This document shows positions 35,512 to 43,607 of a stretch of 64,000 nt of DNA, piece by piece. The notes under the pieces were generated by a model. The model was not told the origin of the DNA. It searched no databases and worked only from the letters and a program-made list of their open reading frames with translations. This DNA comes from a virus. Position 1 is the first letter of the stretch, and each line of letters opens with the position of its first letter. The position numbers and the translations under genes were made by a program. The stretch covers positions 1 through 64,000 of IMG/VR virus record IMGVR_UViG_3300037193_001894; one strand, given 5' to 3'.

Positions 35512-35727
35512 GACTCTCCCTGGTGTCGTGCTGGCCCCTCTGGCGGGGGCAGGACCACTGCCGGTCCCTGGGACCATCTTACCACATTCCTTGGAGTGGC
35601 CTTTTCTCACAGGATTCCGGGGGTGGGGGCCATTAGGCCTAGTAAGGCTTGACAGGCTTATTAGGCTCTACCAAGTCGGACAGGCTCTCCTGGCCAGAGC
35701 GGTTCTAAAGACAGATACCCCGGTCTA

Positions 35728-35748
35728 TTAGAGCCCGAAGGGCTCTAA
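35728..35748. terminator. Perfect hairpin in a lower-GC intergenic region
   Basis: TTAGAGCCC-GAA-GGGCTCTAA. Confidence 0.5.
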
Positions 35749-35788
35749 CAAGGTGCCCTCCCTCGTGCCGCTCCGTGAGGTTGCAGCA

Positions 35789-36217
35789 TCAACCGTTCGG
35801 ACGGAGCATCCCGGAGCCCTGGGCCATGGCCTGGGAGACCATCTCGCTACGCTGCTGCCGCATCTGCTCGGCCATCTGGAGGACCAGCGAGGTGATCTCG
35901 TCCTCCTCCACGTGCATCGGGGCCATGGCCATCAGCGGGACCTTCGAGGCGGCACCGAGGAAGCCCGAGTCCATGGCCAGGTAGATCGCCATCATCGGCT
36001 GGGGCTGGCCCTGCTGGTCTGGGACAACCACCATCGAGACCGCGAAGCAGAGGTCCTCGGCCACCTCGTCGCAGGCGTTGCGGACCATCACCGCCGTCGA
36101 GGACACCAGGTCCTTCTTGGGGATGTTGAACCGGAGCGGCGGCAGCGGCCGGTCGTTCAGGACCGCCTCCTGGGCGTCCAGGAACGCCTCCTGGATCTCG
36201 GGGTTCTCGTCGCTCAT
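35789..36217 (-). CDS. Hypothetical protein
   Basis: 3' part of ORF 35789..37135 from MSDENPE; ATGA overlap. Confidence 0.7.
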   Translation of the reverse strand: MSDENPEIQEAFLDAQEAVLNDRPLPPLRFNIPKKDLVSSTAVMVRNACDEVAEDLCFAVSMVVVPDQQGQPQPMMAIYLAMDSGFLGAASKVPLMAMAPMHVEEDEITSLVLQMAEQMRQQRSEMVSQAMAQGSGMLRPNG

Positions 36218-37830
36218 GCGCGGGCTCTCTTTCTGGGGTTCCGGGCGATCTGGAGCATCTGGCGACGCTCCGCTGCGGTGATGAAGTCCTCCCCGGAGTC
36301 GGTGTCGTCGAGGAGGGTGTCCTGCTGGGCGTTGCGCTCGATCATCGCGTTGGCGACGGTCTCCTCCACCGTCTGGTGGACGAAGAAGGTCATGCAGGTC
36401 GTGGACTCGGCCTCGGAGTCGATCCGGTGGGTGCGGTTGATCCGCTGGGTGCGGTTGGCGAAGGTCAGCGCCGACTCGTACTCGACAACGTAGGTGGCCT
36501 GGGGTAGGTTCACGCCTCTCGCCCCGGCGTCTGAGGAGAGCAGCACGGCCGGGTTCGGGCTCGACTTGAACTTGGCCCGCTCGATGGAGGTCTCCTCCAA
36601 CGACATCCCGCCCCAGGTCAGGTAGACCTCGAACTTCTTCTTCCTCAGCGCCCTCGCCAGCAGGGGCAGCACGGACGGACCGAAGAAGGAGAACACGACG
36701 GCCTTGGCACCCTGCCCATGAACGACCGGCTCCAGGTAGTCGATCAGGCCCTGCTCCTTCACGGCGCTGACGGACCTGAAATAATCTTCCCCGAGTTCCT
36801 CGACGAGCATCCGGGCCAACCGGCTGCTGCCGTGCTTCGCGGAGTGGATGATGCTCTCGGGATGGTTGGCCACCATCCGCTTGATCGTGTGCAGGCCGGG
36901 CACCGGCTCGGCCCCGGGCTCCTGGAGGTCGCAGACCATCTCGTAGAGGTCGCGCTGGTCGTCGGCCATGGTGAACCAGCGGCTCTCCTCGACCTGCTTG
37001 GGGAACTCCGCCATCACCTCGGGGTCGGACTTGCGCACCCGCAGGATCATCGGCTTGGCGATCTCGGCGAACCTCGGCATCCGGTCCTTGTAGTAGTGCG
37101 GACGGCCGTACGGGTCGCGGCTGCGGACGAACCACTCGAACTCCTTGACCAGCGGCATCGACTTGGGGTCGGCCAGCCGGAGTTGGCTGTAGGCGTCCTC
37201 GTAGTCGCGCTCGATGGGCGTGGCGGTCATCTCCAGCACCCGGGTGACCTCACCCTTGCGCATCGCCCCCAGGGAGCGGAACCAGGACTTGTAGTTGTCG
37301 GACTCGCGGTTCTTGACCTTGGTGGACTCGTCGTAGACCACGAGCACCCGCTTGCCCTTGAACATCTCCATCAGCGGCCCGTCGGCCAGCGACTTGCCCC
37401 GCTTGCCGGGCACCCGGACGACCTTGGACAGGTCGGCCTTCCCGGTCTCGTAGGTGGTGATCAGCACCTGCGGCAGCCCGTTCTTCTCCAGGCGCTTCAT
37501 CCGGCCGGTGCCGTGGTGCACCGCCGCGCTCAGCCGGGTGAACTTGGCGAAGTCCGAGGGCCACTCGTCGGCGGTGATCTTGCCCTTCTCGGCCACCAGC
37601 AGCACGTGGTCGATCTTGTCGTCCTCGAACATGAACGCGGACAGCGCCATGGCCAAGTGGGACTTGCCGGTGCCGGTGTCCCACACGGCCATGACGCCGC
37701 CGCCCTGCTCCAACTTGAGGTAGGCCCGGGCGATCCCGTCCTCCTGGAAGCCGTACAGCCCCCGGGGAGAGTGGTAGAGCGCGCCGTCGGGCCACCCCGG
37801 CTCCGGGGCCTCCACGGGCTCGGCGCTCAC
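36214..37830 (-). CDS. SNF2-like SF2 helicase
   Basis: LYGFQ, DTGTGKS, ITTYET, YDEST, MTATP, SSDAGARGVNL, QRINRTHR. Confidence 0.88.
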   Translation of the reverse strand: MSAEPVEAPEPGWPDGALYHSPRGLYGFQEDGIARAYLKLEQGGGVMAVWDTGTGKSHLAMALSAFMFEDDKIDHVLLVAEKGKITADEWPSDFAKFTRLSAAVHHGTGRMKRLEKNGLPQVLITTYETGKADLSKVVRVPGKRGKSLADGPLMEMFKGKRVLVVYDESTKVKNRESDNYKSWFRSLGAMRKGEVTRVLEMTATPIERDYEDAYSQLRLADPKSMPLVKEFEWFVRSRDPYGRPHYYKDRMPRFAEIAKPMILRVRKSDPEVMAEFPKQVEESRWFTMADDQRDLYEMVCDLQEPGAEPVPGLHTIKRMVANHPESIIHSAKHGSSRLARMLVEELGEDYFRSVSAVKEQGLIDYLEPVVHGQGAKAVVFSFFGPSVLPLLARALRKKKFEVYLTWGGMSLEETSIERAKFKSSPNPAVLLSSDAGARGVNLPQATYVVEYESALTFANRTQRINRTHRIDSEAESTTCMTFFVHQTVEETVANAMIERNAQQDTLLDDTDSGEDFITAAERRQMLQIARNPRKRARA

Positions 37831-38144
37831 TCGACCGGTACGGGTCGGCTCAGCAGGTCCCACCAGACCTGGGAGCCGTCCTCGTCGAGGCGCTCCTCCA
37901 GCGGGATGCAGTGCACCATCTCGTCGCCGTCGTAGAGCACGACGATGAGGTCAGGGTCCTGGAGCGGGCACATCGGAGGGAAGTGCCCGACGAAGGAGAC
38001 CCGACCGTCGCGGATGAAGCGGGACGCGGGAACGCGGACCCCGTTGTACTCCATCGACCAGGGCTGGCGGGAGTGCAGGGCGCGCTCGACCAGTCGCCAG
38101 CGCATGAGCGCCTGAGCGATCTGGATCTCCAGCGAGCGGTCCAC
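37827..38144 (-). CDS. Hypothetical protein
   Basis: GTG after GGAGG SD; GTGA-coupled to the SNF2 gene. Confidence 0.7.
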   Translation of the reverse strand: MDRSLEIQIAQALMRWRLVERALHSRQPWSMEYNGVRVPASRFIRDGRVSFVGHFPPMCPLQDPDLIVVLYDGDEMVHCIPLEERLDEDGSQVWWDLLSRPVPVE

Positions 38145-38176
38145 GGTGTCCTCCACAGGATTTCTTGCTAGTGGCA

Positions 38177-38206
38177 AGGTTACCCATGGACCCTTGCTTT
38201 AGTCCA
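38177..38206 (-). promoter_or_regulatory. SigA-like promoter at the tail/early-gene boundary
   Basis: TGGACT-N18-TAACCT; overlapped by the inverted repeat CATGGAC...GTCCATG. Confidence 0.5.
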
Positions 38207-38225
38207 TGCTGTTGCGCTATGGGTC

Positions 38226-38759
38226 TCAGGCCCCTATCCCGACCTCCTGGACGACCTCGGCGTACCCCTCGCCCTTGTAGACCAGCACCCGGGCTGGCTC
38301 CATCCGGACTCCCCAGCCTCGCTCGCCCACGATGATCTCGGTGAACTCCGGGGGCTCCAGCCCCACCTGCTGGGCGACCTCGGCATAGGAGGTCCGATCC
38401 TGGTAGGTCGAGTCGTAGCCGACCAACTCCTCCACCAGGGCGTACCCCTCGCGGGTGGAGACCGCCGTCTGGGAGACCTCCTGCGCCACCTCGGCGTACG
38501 ACGTGCGGTCCTGGTAGAACGAGTCGTAGCCGATCAGTTCGGCGACCGAGGAGTACCCCTCCCGGGTGGAGGTGGCCACCAGCGCGACCTGCTGGGCCAC
38601 CTCAGCGTACGAGGTCCGATCGTGGTAGATCGAGTCGTAGCCGATCAACTCAGCGACGGAGGCGTAGCCCTCCTGCTGAGGGGTGCCAGGGATCGGCTCG
38701 GAGGCCCCGGCGTCCTCGCCGTAGACCCCTTCGCCGTAGACGCCCTCGCCGTAGGCCAT
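38226..38759 (-). CDS. Tail-associated protein with three 37-aa repeats
   Basis: MAYGEGVYGEGVYGE then EGY..V.EL.GYDS.Y.DRTSYAEVAQ.V three times; TGATG coupling. Confidence 0.75.
   Translation of the reverse strand: MAYGEGVYGEGVYGEDAGASEPIPGTPQQEGYASVAELIGYDSIYHDRTSYAEVAQQVALVATSTREGYSSVAELIGYDSFYQDRTSYAEVAQEVSQTAVSTREGYALVEELVGYDSTYQDRTSYAEVAQQVGLEPPEFTEIIVGERGWGVRMEPARVLVYKGEGYAEVVQEVGIGA
38361..38672 (-). repeat. Degenerate ~111-bp coding tandem repeat (about 3 copies)
   Basis: Recurring GAGTCGTAGCCGA at ~38410, ~38521 and ~38632. Confidence 0.75.
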
Positions 38760-40543
38760 CAGGACACGCGGAAGGCGTCTAGTGCGACACGGGCCTGTCC
38801 CGTCCCCAGGAACCTCCCGAACCCGACGTACGCCGGGGTGAAGGTGATGGCCAGAGACACCTCGGTCCGGAGGGTCGGCGCGAGCCGGTGCCCCTGCCAC
38901 ACGGATGCGTAGTAGGTGTTCCCGCCCTTGCGGATCGAGGCCCACGTCGGGACCCCGAGATGCCAGTTGTTGTTGGCGCTGTTGATGATGGCCGTGGTGG
39001 TCCCGTTGACCCAGGCGGTGATCTGTCGGATACGTGCAGTGGCTTCGGCGGACGGCCCCGAGTCGAGGCTGATGCCGATCCCGTTCCCCGCCGAGTCCAC
39101 GATGTACGGACCCCAGAACTGCCGGTCGGCGGTCCCGCCGTGCTCCGCCAGGGTGGTCACCCGGAAGTCACCTGCCGGGACGGGCTGGTGGATACCCTGC
39201 TCCACCGCCTGGCCGGTCGGGATGTCGAACAGCACGCACCCCGGAGCGAGGGTCTTGTCCAGGACCACCCACGATGCGGTCCCGAGGTTCTTCTTCGTCC
39301 ACTTCGCGTTCAGGCCGCTGATCGGACCCGACATACCAGAGGCGTCGTTGAACTCGTCGTCCTTCGCGTTCGCCGTCACCAACTGGGCTCGGTGGTCTGG
39401 CGTCCCGTCGCCCTGCGAAGAGGCGGCTCCGCCGATGACCTTCCCCCCGCCACCGCTCGGGGAGATGGAGAACTCGATCAGACCGAGATCGAACCAGGTG
39501 TCGCTGGTCATCCCCATCAGCGTGATGTTGCCGTCCGTGGTCACCTGGATGCGAGCCTCGCCGAGGTCGTTCCGCCCCATCAAGCCGAACTGGGCAACGA
39601 GTGGGCGATGCCCAACAGGAAGCGTGGCGAAGTTGCTGGCGGTGGTGAAGGCCGTCGTGCCAGAGTTCCGCACCGCACCCCGGACCTGGGCCACGTCCCC
39701 CACCAGTCGGTACTGGGGGGCCTCGCCCCACCGATTGGAGTTCGACGCCCAGCCGGTGTTCAGCGGCAGCGGCTGCCAGTTGGTGACGGTGAGCGTCGCA
39801 CCAGAGCCCGCGTTGGCGACCCCTCCGACTCCATACACGCACACCGTCGTCCCGGCCAGGAAGTTCCCGCTGGCGGGCTTCAACGTCAGCGAGGTCAGCG
39901 CAGCAGTGCTCTCCCACATCAGCGAGGTCTTGCCGTTCCAACTGACCCCGGAGGTCACCGTGGACCAGTCACTCTGGAGCACCTTGTGGTGGGTCGTCGA
40001 GCGGTAGTTCGGGATGACGATGCGCCCCGCACCGAAGTACCCTGCGGCCTGAGTCGATCCCGGGAGGAACCCCAGACTCTGGTCGTCTCCAACCGACACG
40101 TCATGGGCCGAGGAACTGGCGTAGTGGTGCTTGCGGCGGTAGTTGGCTGCCGTCGCGTCGCCGTTCACGACCCCCTGCAACTCCACCGATGCCGCCGCTG
40201 CCGTCCCCCGGGCAACGAAGTCCACCACGAGGCTGTCGTACTCGGCAGCGAGGTCGGTCGAAGTCAGGTCAATCGTCGCCGCATCTGCGGAGAGGGTGAC
40301 CTTCTTCAAGAGGGTCATCCCTGCTCCCCCCGACGCGGATGGGACGGTCAGCCAGTTCCCCCAGGCCGCACCGTCCCACCGCTCGATCGCACCGTGGTCC
40401 GAGCAGGGGTAGAGAGTGCCCGCCACCAGAGGGGCTGACGGGCGCGAGGCGTGGTTGCCTGGGGGCAGCAGCAGGGACTCGATGGCAGCGTTGACCTGAG
40501 CGCCCCACACGTCGCTGGGGCCGGGGGTAGGCAGGCTAGGCAT
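38759..40543 (-). CDS. Tail fibre / receptor-binding protein
   Basis: G/A/T/S-rich, modular; PQYRLVGDVAQVRG...FATLPVGHRP fibre-type module; end of the tail operon. Confidence 0.75.
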   Translation of the reverse strand: MPSLPTPGPSDVWGAQVNAAIESLLLPPGNHASRPSAPLVAGTLYPCSDHGAIERWDGAAWGNWLTVPSASGGAGMTLLKKVTLSADAATIDLTSTDLAAEYDSLVVDFVARGTAAAASVELQGVVNGDATAANYRRKHHYASSSAHDVSVGDDQSLGFLPGSTQAAGYFGAGRIVIPNYRSTTHHKVLQSDWSTVTSGVSWNGKTSLMWESTAALTSLTLKPASGNFLAGTTVCVYGVGGVANAGSGATLTVTNWQPLPLNTGWASNSNRWGEAPQYRLVGDVAQVRGAVRNSGTTAFTTASNFATLPVGHRPLVAQFGLMGRNDLGEARIQVTTDGNITLMGMTSDTWFDLGLIEFSISPSGGGGKVIGGAASSQGDGTPDHRAQLVTANAKDDEFNDASGMSGPISGLNAKWTKKNLGTASWVVLDKTLAPGCVLFDIPTGQAVEQGIHQPVPAGDFRVTTLAEHGGTADRQFWGPYIVDSAGNGIGISLDSGPSAEATARIRQITAWVNGTTTAIINSANNNWHLGVPTWASIRKGGNTYYASVWQGHRLAPTLRTEVSLAITFTPAYVGFGRFLGTGQARVALDAFRVS

Positions 40544-40549
40544 CGCTCA

Positions 40550-41410
40550 TCACGTCCAGGTCGCGGCGCTCGTGACCAACCGCTGTCGAGAGAGGGCCAA
40601 CTGGGCGTTGACCGGCGTGGTGCGTCGCAGGGTCAGCACCGGGGAGATCGCCTGCGCCGCCAGGTTCGCCACCGACACTCCGGGGCTGGCGGCTGCAACG
40701 AAGGTGGTGCCGTCCGCCGACAGCGTGTGCTGTCCGACCTGGGAGGGGCTCACCTCGGTCAGGGCCTGCATGAAGACCTTGATCCCGGACGCGGCCAGGC
40801 TGGGGCTGTCGTTCTTGACCCGGAAAGTCTTGTCCCCGGTCGAGTTCTGCTGGACGTTGCCCCAGTCGAAGTGCGTGGGGTGGTTGTCCAGCGGCTCGTC
40901 CAGGGTCGGGTGCCACAGCCGCATCCGGTGCAGGGCCTGGCCGGTGGTGGCCTTGCCGTAAAGGTGGATCGAGGTGGCCCGTGCGTCTCCGGTGTTCGCC
41001 TTGAGCCGGATCATCTGGTAGTTGGCCGCTCCGGCTCCGGCCAGGTCGTAGATGTCGGAGCGGTACCGGGTAGCCACCTGGTTGATAGTGGTCGGGATCG
41101 CGGCGTCGATCAGGGTCCAGGTGCCGTCGATCAGGGTGGTGGAGTCGTTCGACCCCTCCATCCGCCAGGTGACCCCAGCGCCCCACGCCGAGTCGATGTA
41201 GATGTGGCTGATGTCCATCCGGTAGGGGAAGACGAAGCCGATGTAAACGGAGTCGTAGCCGTCCACGTTCGCGGCGGACTCGTCGTTGAAGTACGTCTTG
41301 GAGGCGCTGATCTCCGTCACCACGTTCGAGCCGTTGATGAAGTAGACCCGGCTCCCGTCTCGGTCGTACTCGATCTTGGGTGCGGGCAGGTCCGCGTGTG
41401 ATCCGGCCAT
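40550..41410 (-). CDS. Minor tail protein (paralog A)
   Basis: Shares YDRDG, DGTWT, HLYGK, WHPTL..PL, DWGN, VKN and M.ALT with the gene at 41652-42518. Confidence 0.75.
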   Translation of the reverse strand: MAGSHADLPAPKIEYDRDGSRVYFINGSNVVTEISASKTYFNDESAANVDGYDSVYIGFVFPYRMDISHIYIDSAWGAGVTWRMEGSNDSTTLIDGTWTLIDAAIPTTINQVATRYRSDIYDLAGAGAANYQMIRLKANTGDARATSIHLYGKATTGQALHRMRLWHPTLDEPLDNHPTHFDWGNVQQNSTGDKTFRVKNDSPSLAASGIKVFMQALTEVSPSQVGQHTLSADGTTFVAAASPGVSVANLAAQAISPVLTLRRTTPVNAQLALSRQRLVTSAATWT

Positions 41411-41655
41411 CAGGTCACATCTCCTTCATAGGACTGGGCCGTTGCGTCGGCCTGATTCAGGATCACGATCCGGTTGATCGTCGGCACAATCGGTGTGCCC
41501 CACCCCTTCTGGGGCACGAGTACGTCCAGCGTGGGGGGTATCTCGAACCCGACGTTGAGGACCGCCTCGAAGGTCGCATCGGGGCTGGAGGCAAGGAACG
41601 ACGACGGGTCGAACCCGACGTTCTCGTATGCCTCCACGGTGGCGTCCTGACTCAT
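41410..41655 (-). CDS. Small tail-associated protein
   Basis: Two AT.EA..NVGF repeats and KGWG; coupled on both sides. Confidence 0.7.
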   Translation of the reverse strand: MSQDATVEAYENVGFDPSSFLASSPDATFEAVLNVGFEIPPTLDVLVPQKGWGTPIVPTINRIVILNQADATAQSYEGDVT

Positions 41656-42518
41656 GAGACCCAGCCTCCCGCCGTGGCGTAGATGCGCTGGGTCCAGAGG
41701 CTCAAGACTGCCGTGGCCAGCAGGCTCTGCTGGATGGTGACCAGCCCGCTGATCTCCCCAGGGGCGAGGGACGGGATGACGGCAGCGGCCCCCAGGGGGC
41801 CTCCCTCGTAGGCGAACTGGTGCTGGCTGACGAAGGTGGGGTTGGCGTCGGTCAGGGCCTCCATCCCGACCGTGATGTTGGTCGCCGTGACCAGGTTCGA
41901 GACGTTCTTGACTCGGACCTGGCGGGACTCCGAGGTGCCCCGAGGCCGGTTCCCCCAGTCCAGGTGCGCGGGCGAGTCGCTCAGCGGCTGGTTCAGCGTC
42001 GGGTGCCAGAACTCCAGCCGATCGGAGTCCTCAGACCTCTTGCCGTACAGATGCAGCGTGGCGATCTGCGAGGAGGAGAGTTGCGCGGAGTGGCTCATCA
42101 GGACCCGCATGGTCTTGACGTTCACCAGGGGCTGCGGAACTGCGGCGACGAGCGTCCGGTATCCGGGGATGGCCGTCCCCCGGTGGGAGATCGAGCCTCG
42201 CCCAGTCCAGGTCCCGTCGTAGCCGTTGGTGGTGTCCTCGGAGGTCTCCACGGTGCTGATGAACCGGTACTGCCCACCGAAGGCCCCGGCATCCGCGAAG
42301 TAGTGGGTGATGGTGACCCGCTTCGGGAAGAAGAACATCACCCAGTTATTGCCGCTCCGGTTCACCACGTCGCCGCTGTTCTCGTTGTTCATCACCTTCA
42401 ACTCGGCAGCGGTCACCGGGACCACGGTCTGGGTGCCGCTGGGCATGGTGTAGGCCACCGTGCCGTCCCGGTCGTAGGCGATCCGGGGGCCGGGGACATC
42501 GGGGTAGTTACCGGCGAT
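41652..42518 (-). CDS. Minor tail protein (paralog B), apparent ATC start
   Basis: The frame extends upstream of the track's GTG (42458) as IAGNYPDVPGPRIAYDRDG, matching paralog A MAGSHADLPAPKIEYDRDG; AAGGAGG lies 9 nt before the ATC. Confidence 0.7.
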   Translation of the reverse strand: MAGNYPDVPGPRIAYDRDGTVAYTMPSGTQTVVPVTAAELKVMNNENSGDVVNRSGNNWVMFFFPKRVTITHYFADAGAFGGQYRFISTVETSEDTTNGYDGTWTGRGSISHRGTAIPGYRTLVAAVPQPLVNVKTMRVLMSHSAQLSSSQIATLHLYGKRSEDSDRLEFWHPTLNQPLSDSPAHLDWGNRPRGTSESRQVRVKNVSNLVTATNITVGMEALTDANPTFVSQHQFAYEGGPLGAAAVIPSLAPGEISGLVTIQQSLLATAVLSLWTQRIYATAGGWVS

Positions 42519-42969
42519 CTGAACCAGCCTCCTTCAGCAGGAACCAGGCCTCCAGGCCTGCCTCGTGGTCCGGGGCGTCCACCTTCCGGCCCCGATTGAG
42601 TGCAGGGCGACAGCCGGGTGGACGCAGGGCAACTGCGGAGCGACCCTTGACCTGCTCCTCCGTGAAGAGGTAGGTCGAGCCTCCGGCGATCACTGCGAGG
42701 ATGTCGAACCCGCCCTCGCACGGCGTGCGATCCTCCTGGTCACGAGTCGATCGCCGGGTCACCCTCACGTCGGCGTCCCAGCGGTCTCGGCCCGTGTTGT
42801 AGCAGGCCAACTTCACCTGCACGCGCTTCAGCACGCCATCGGTATCGGTGATGAGGTCGTAGCCCTGAGCGTGCCCCCAGGGCACAGAGATTCCGACGCC
42901 CTTCTCCGCAGCAGCGGCGGCGAAGCGCATCTCGGCTGCGGTCCCCGCACCGCACGGTGTCCATCCCAT
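42508..42969 (-). mobile_element. Free-standing PD-(D/E)XK endonuclease of the type associated with group I introns (homing-like)
   Basis: GTAAE...GISVPWG...GYDLI...KRVQVK...FDILAV...TYLF; inserted in the tail operon. Confidence 0.75.
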
Positions 42970-43598
42970 CAGACCCTCCTCACGCGGACCTGGACCACCA
43001 GGTCGGATCCTGCTGCGTCGGTGCCCACCTGGTCGATGTCGATGGTCAGGTAGTCCTCGACCTCCAGCACAGGGTCATTCGGGGTCGCCGTGCTGGTGTT
43101 GCCTCCGGCCGGGATGGTCGGCTGCGACGCCTGGCTGGTGAAGATCGTGTTGCCGTTCTTGTTCACGTCCACGATCAGCGGCTGCCCGGCCGGTGGCGTG
43201 CCCACCGAGACCCGGATCACCTCGATGACCGACGCCTCCTCGATGTAGAAGCGCAGGTTCCCGACCTGCGGGCTGGCCATCCCAGCCAGGGTGAACGAGA
43301 ACGTCTCCTTGTCGAAGTCGGTGTTGCCGACCGAGACGTTCTCGAAGTAGATCTCCTGGGTGGAGCCCGACGGGGTGACGCCGATCCGCACGATCTGGGG
43401 CTGGTCGAGGTAGAAGTCGATCACCCCGTCCTCGATCGTGAACGGGTTCGGCAGGGGCGTCCCGCCGACGGACTCGGAGTAGATCGCCTCCATGATCAGG
43501 TCGGTGGTGCCGGGGTCCAGCAGGCGCACGATGCTGTTGGTCATCAGGTTGCCTGCGTCGTCCTGGACCGGCCGGTGGAAGTGCTCTCGGGTGGGCAT
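42969..43598 (-). CDS. Minor tail protein
   Basis: SVGTPPAG..LIVDVNKNG.TIF...LTIDIDQVG...GSDLVV module common in phage tail genes. Confidence 0.75.
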   Translation of the reverse strand: MPTREHFHRPVQDDAGNLMTNSIVRLLDPGTTDLIMEAIYSESVGGTPLPNPFTIEDGVIDFYLDQPQIVRIGVTPSGSTQEIYFENVSVGNTDFDKETFSFTLAGMASPQVGNLRFYIEEASVIEVIRVSVGTPPAGQPLIVDVNKNGNTIFTSQASQPTIPAGGNTSTATPNDPVLEVEDYLTIDIDQVGTDAAGSDLVVQVRVRRV

Positions 43599-43607
43599 GT
43601 CGATTCC

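Noticed and set aside
38361-38672. CRISPR-like or DGR repeat
   Set aside because: The repeats are in-frame, degenerate at synonymous positions and have no spacers; no reverse transcriptase is present.
42508-42969. Group I intron around the endonuclease
   Set aside because: The insert is entirely ORF, with no room for, or sign of, the P/Q/R/S core.
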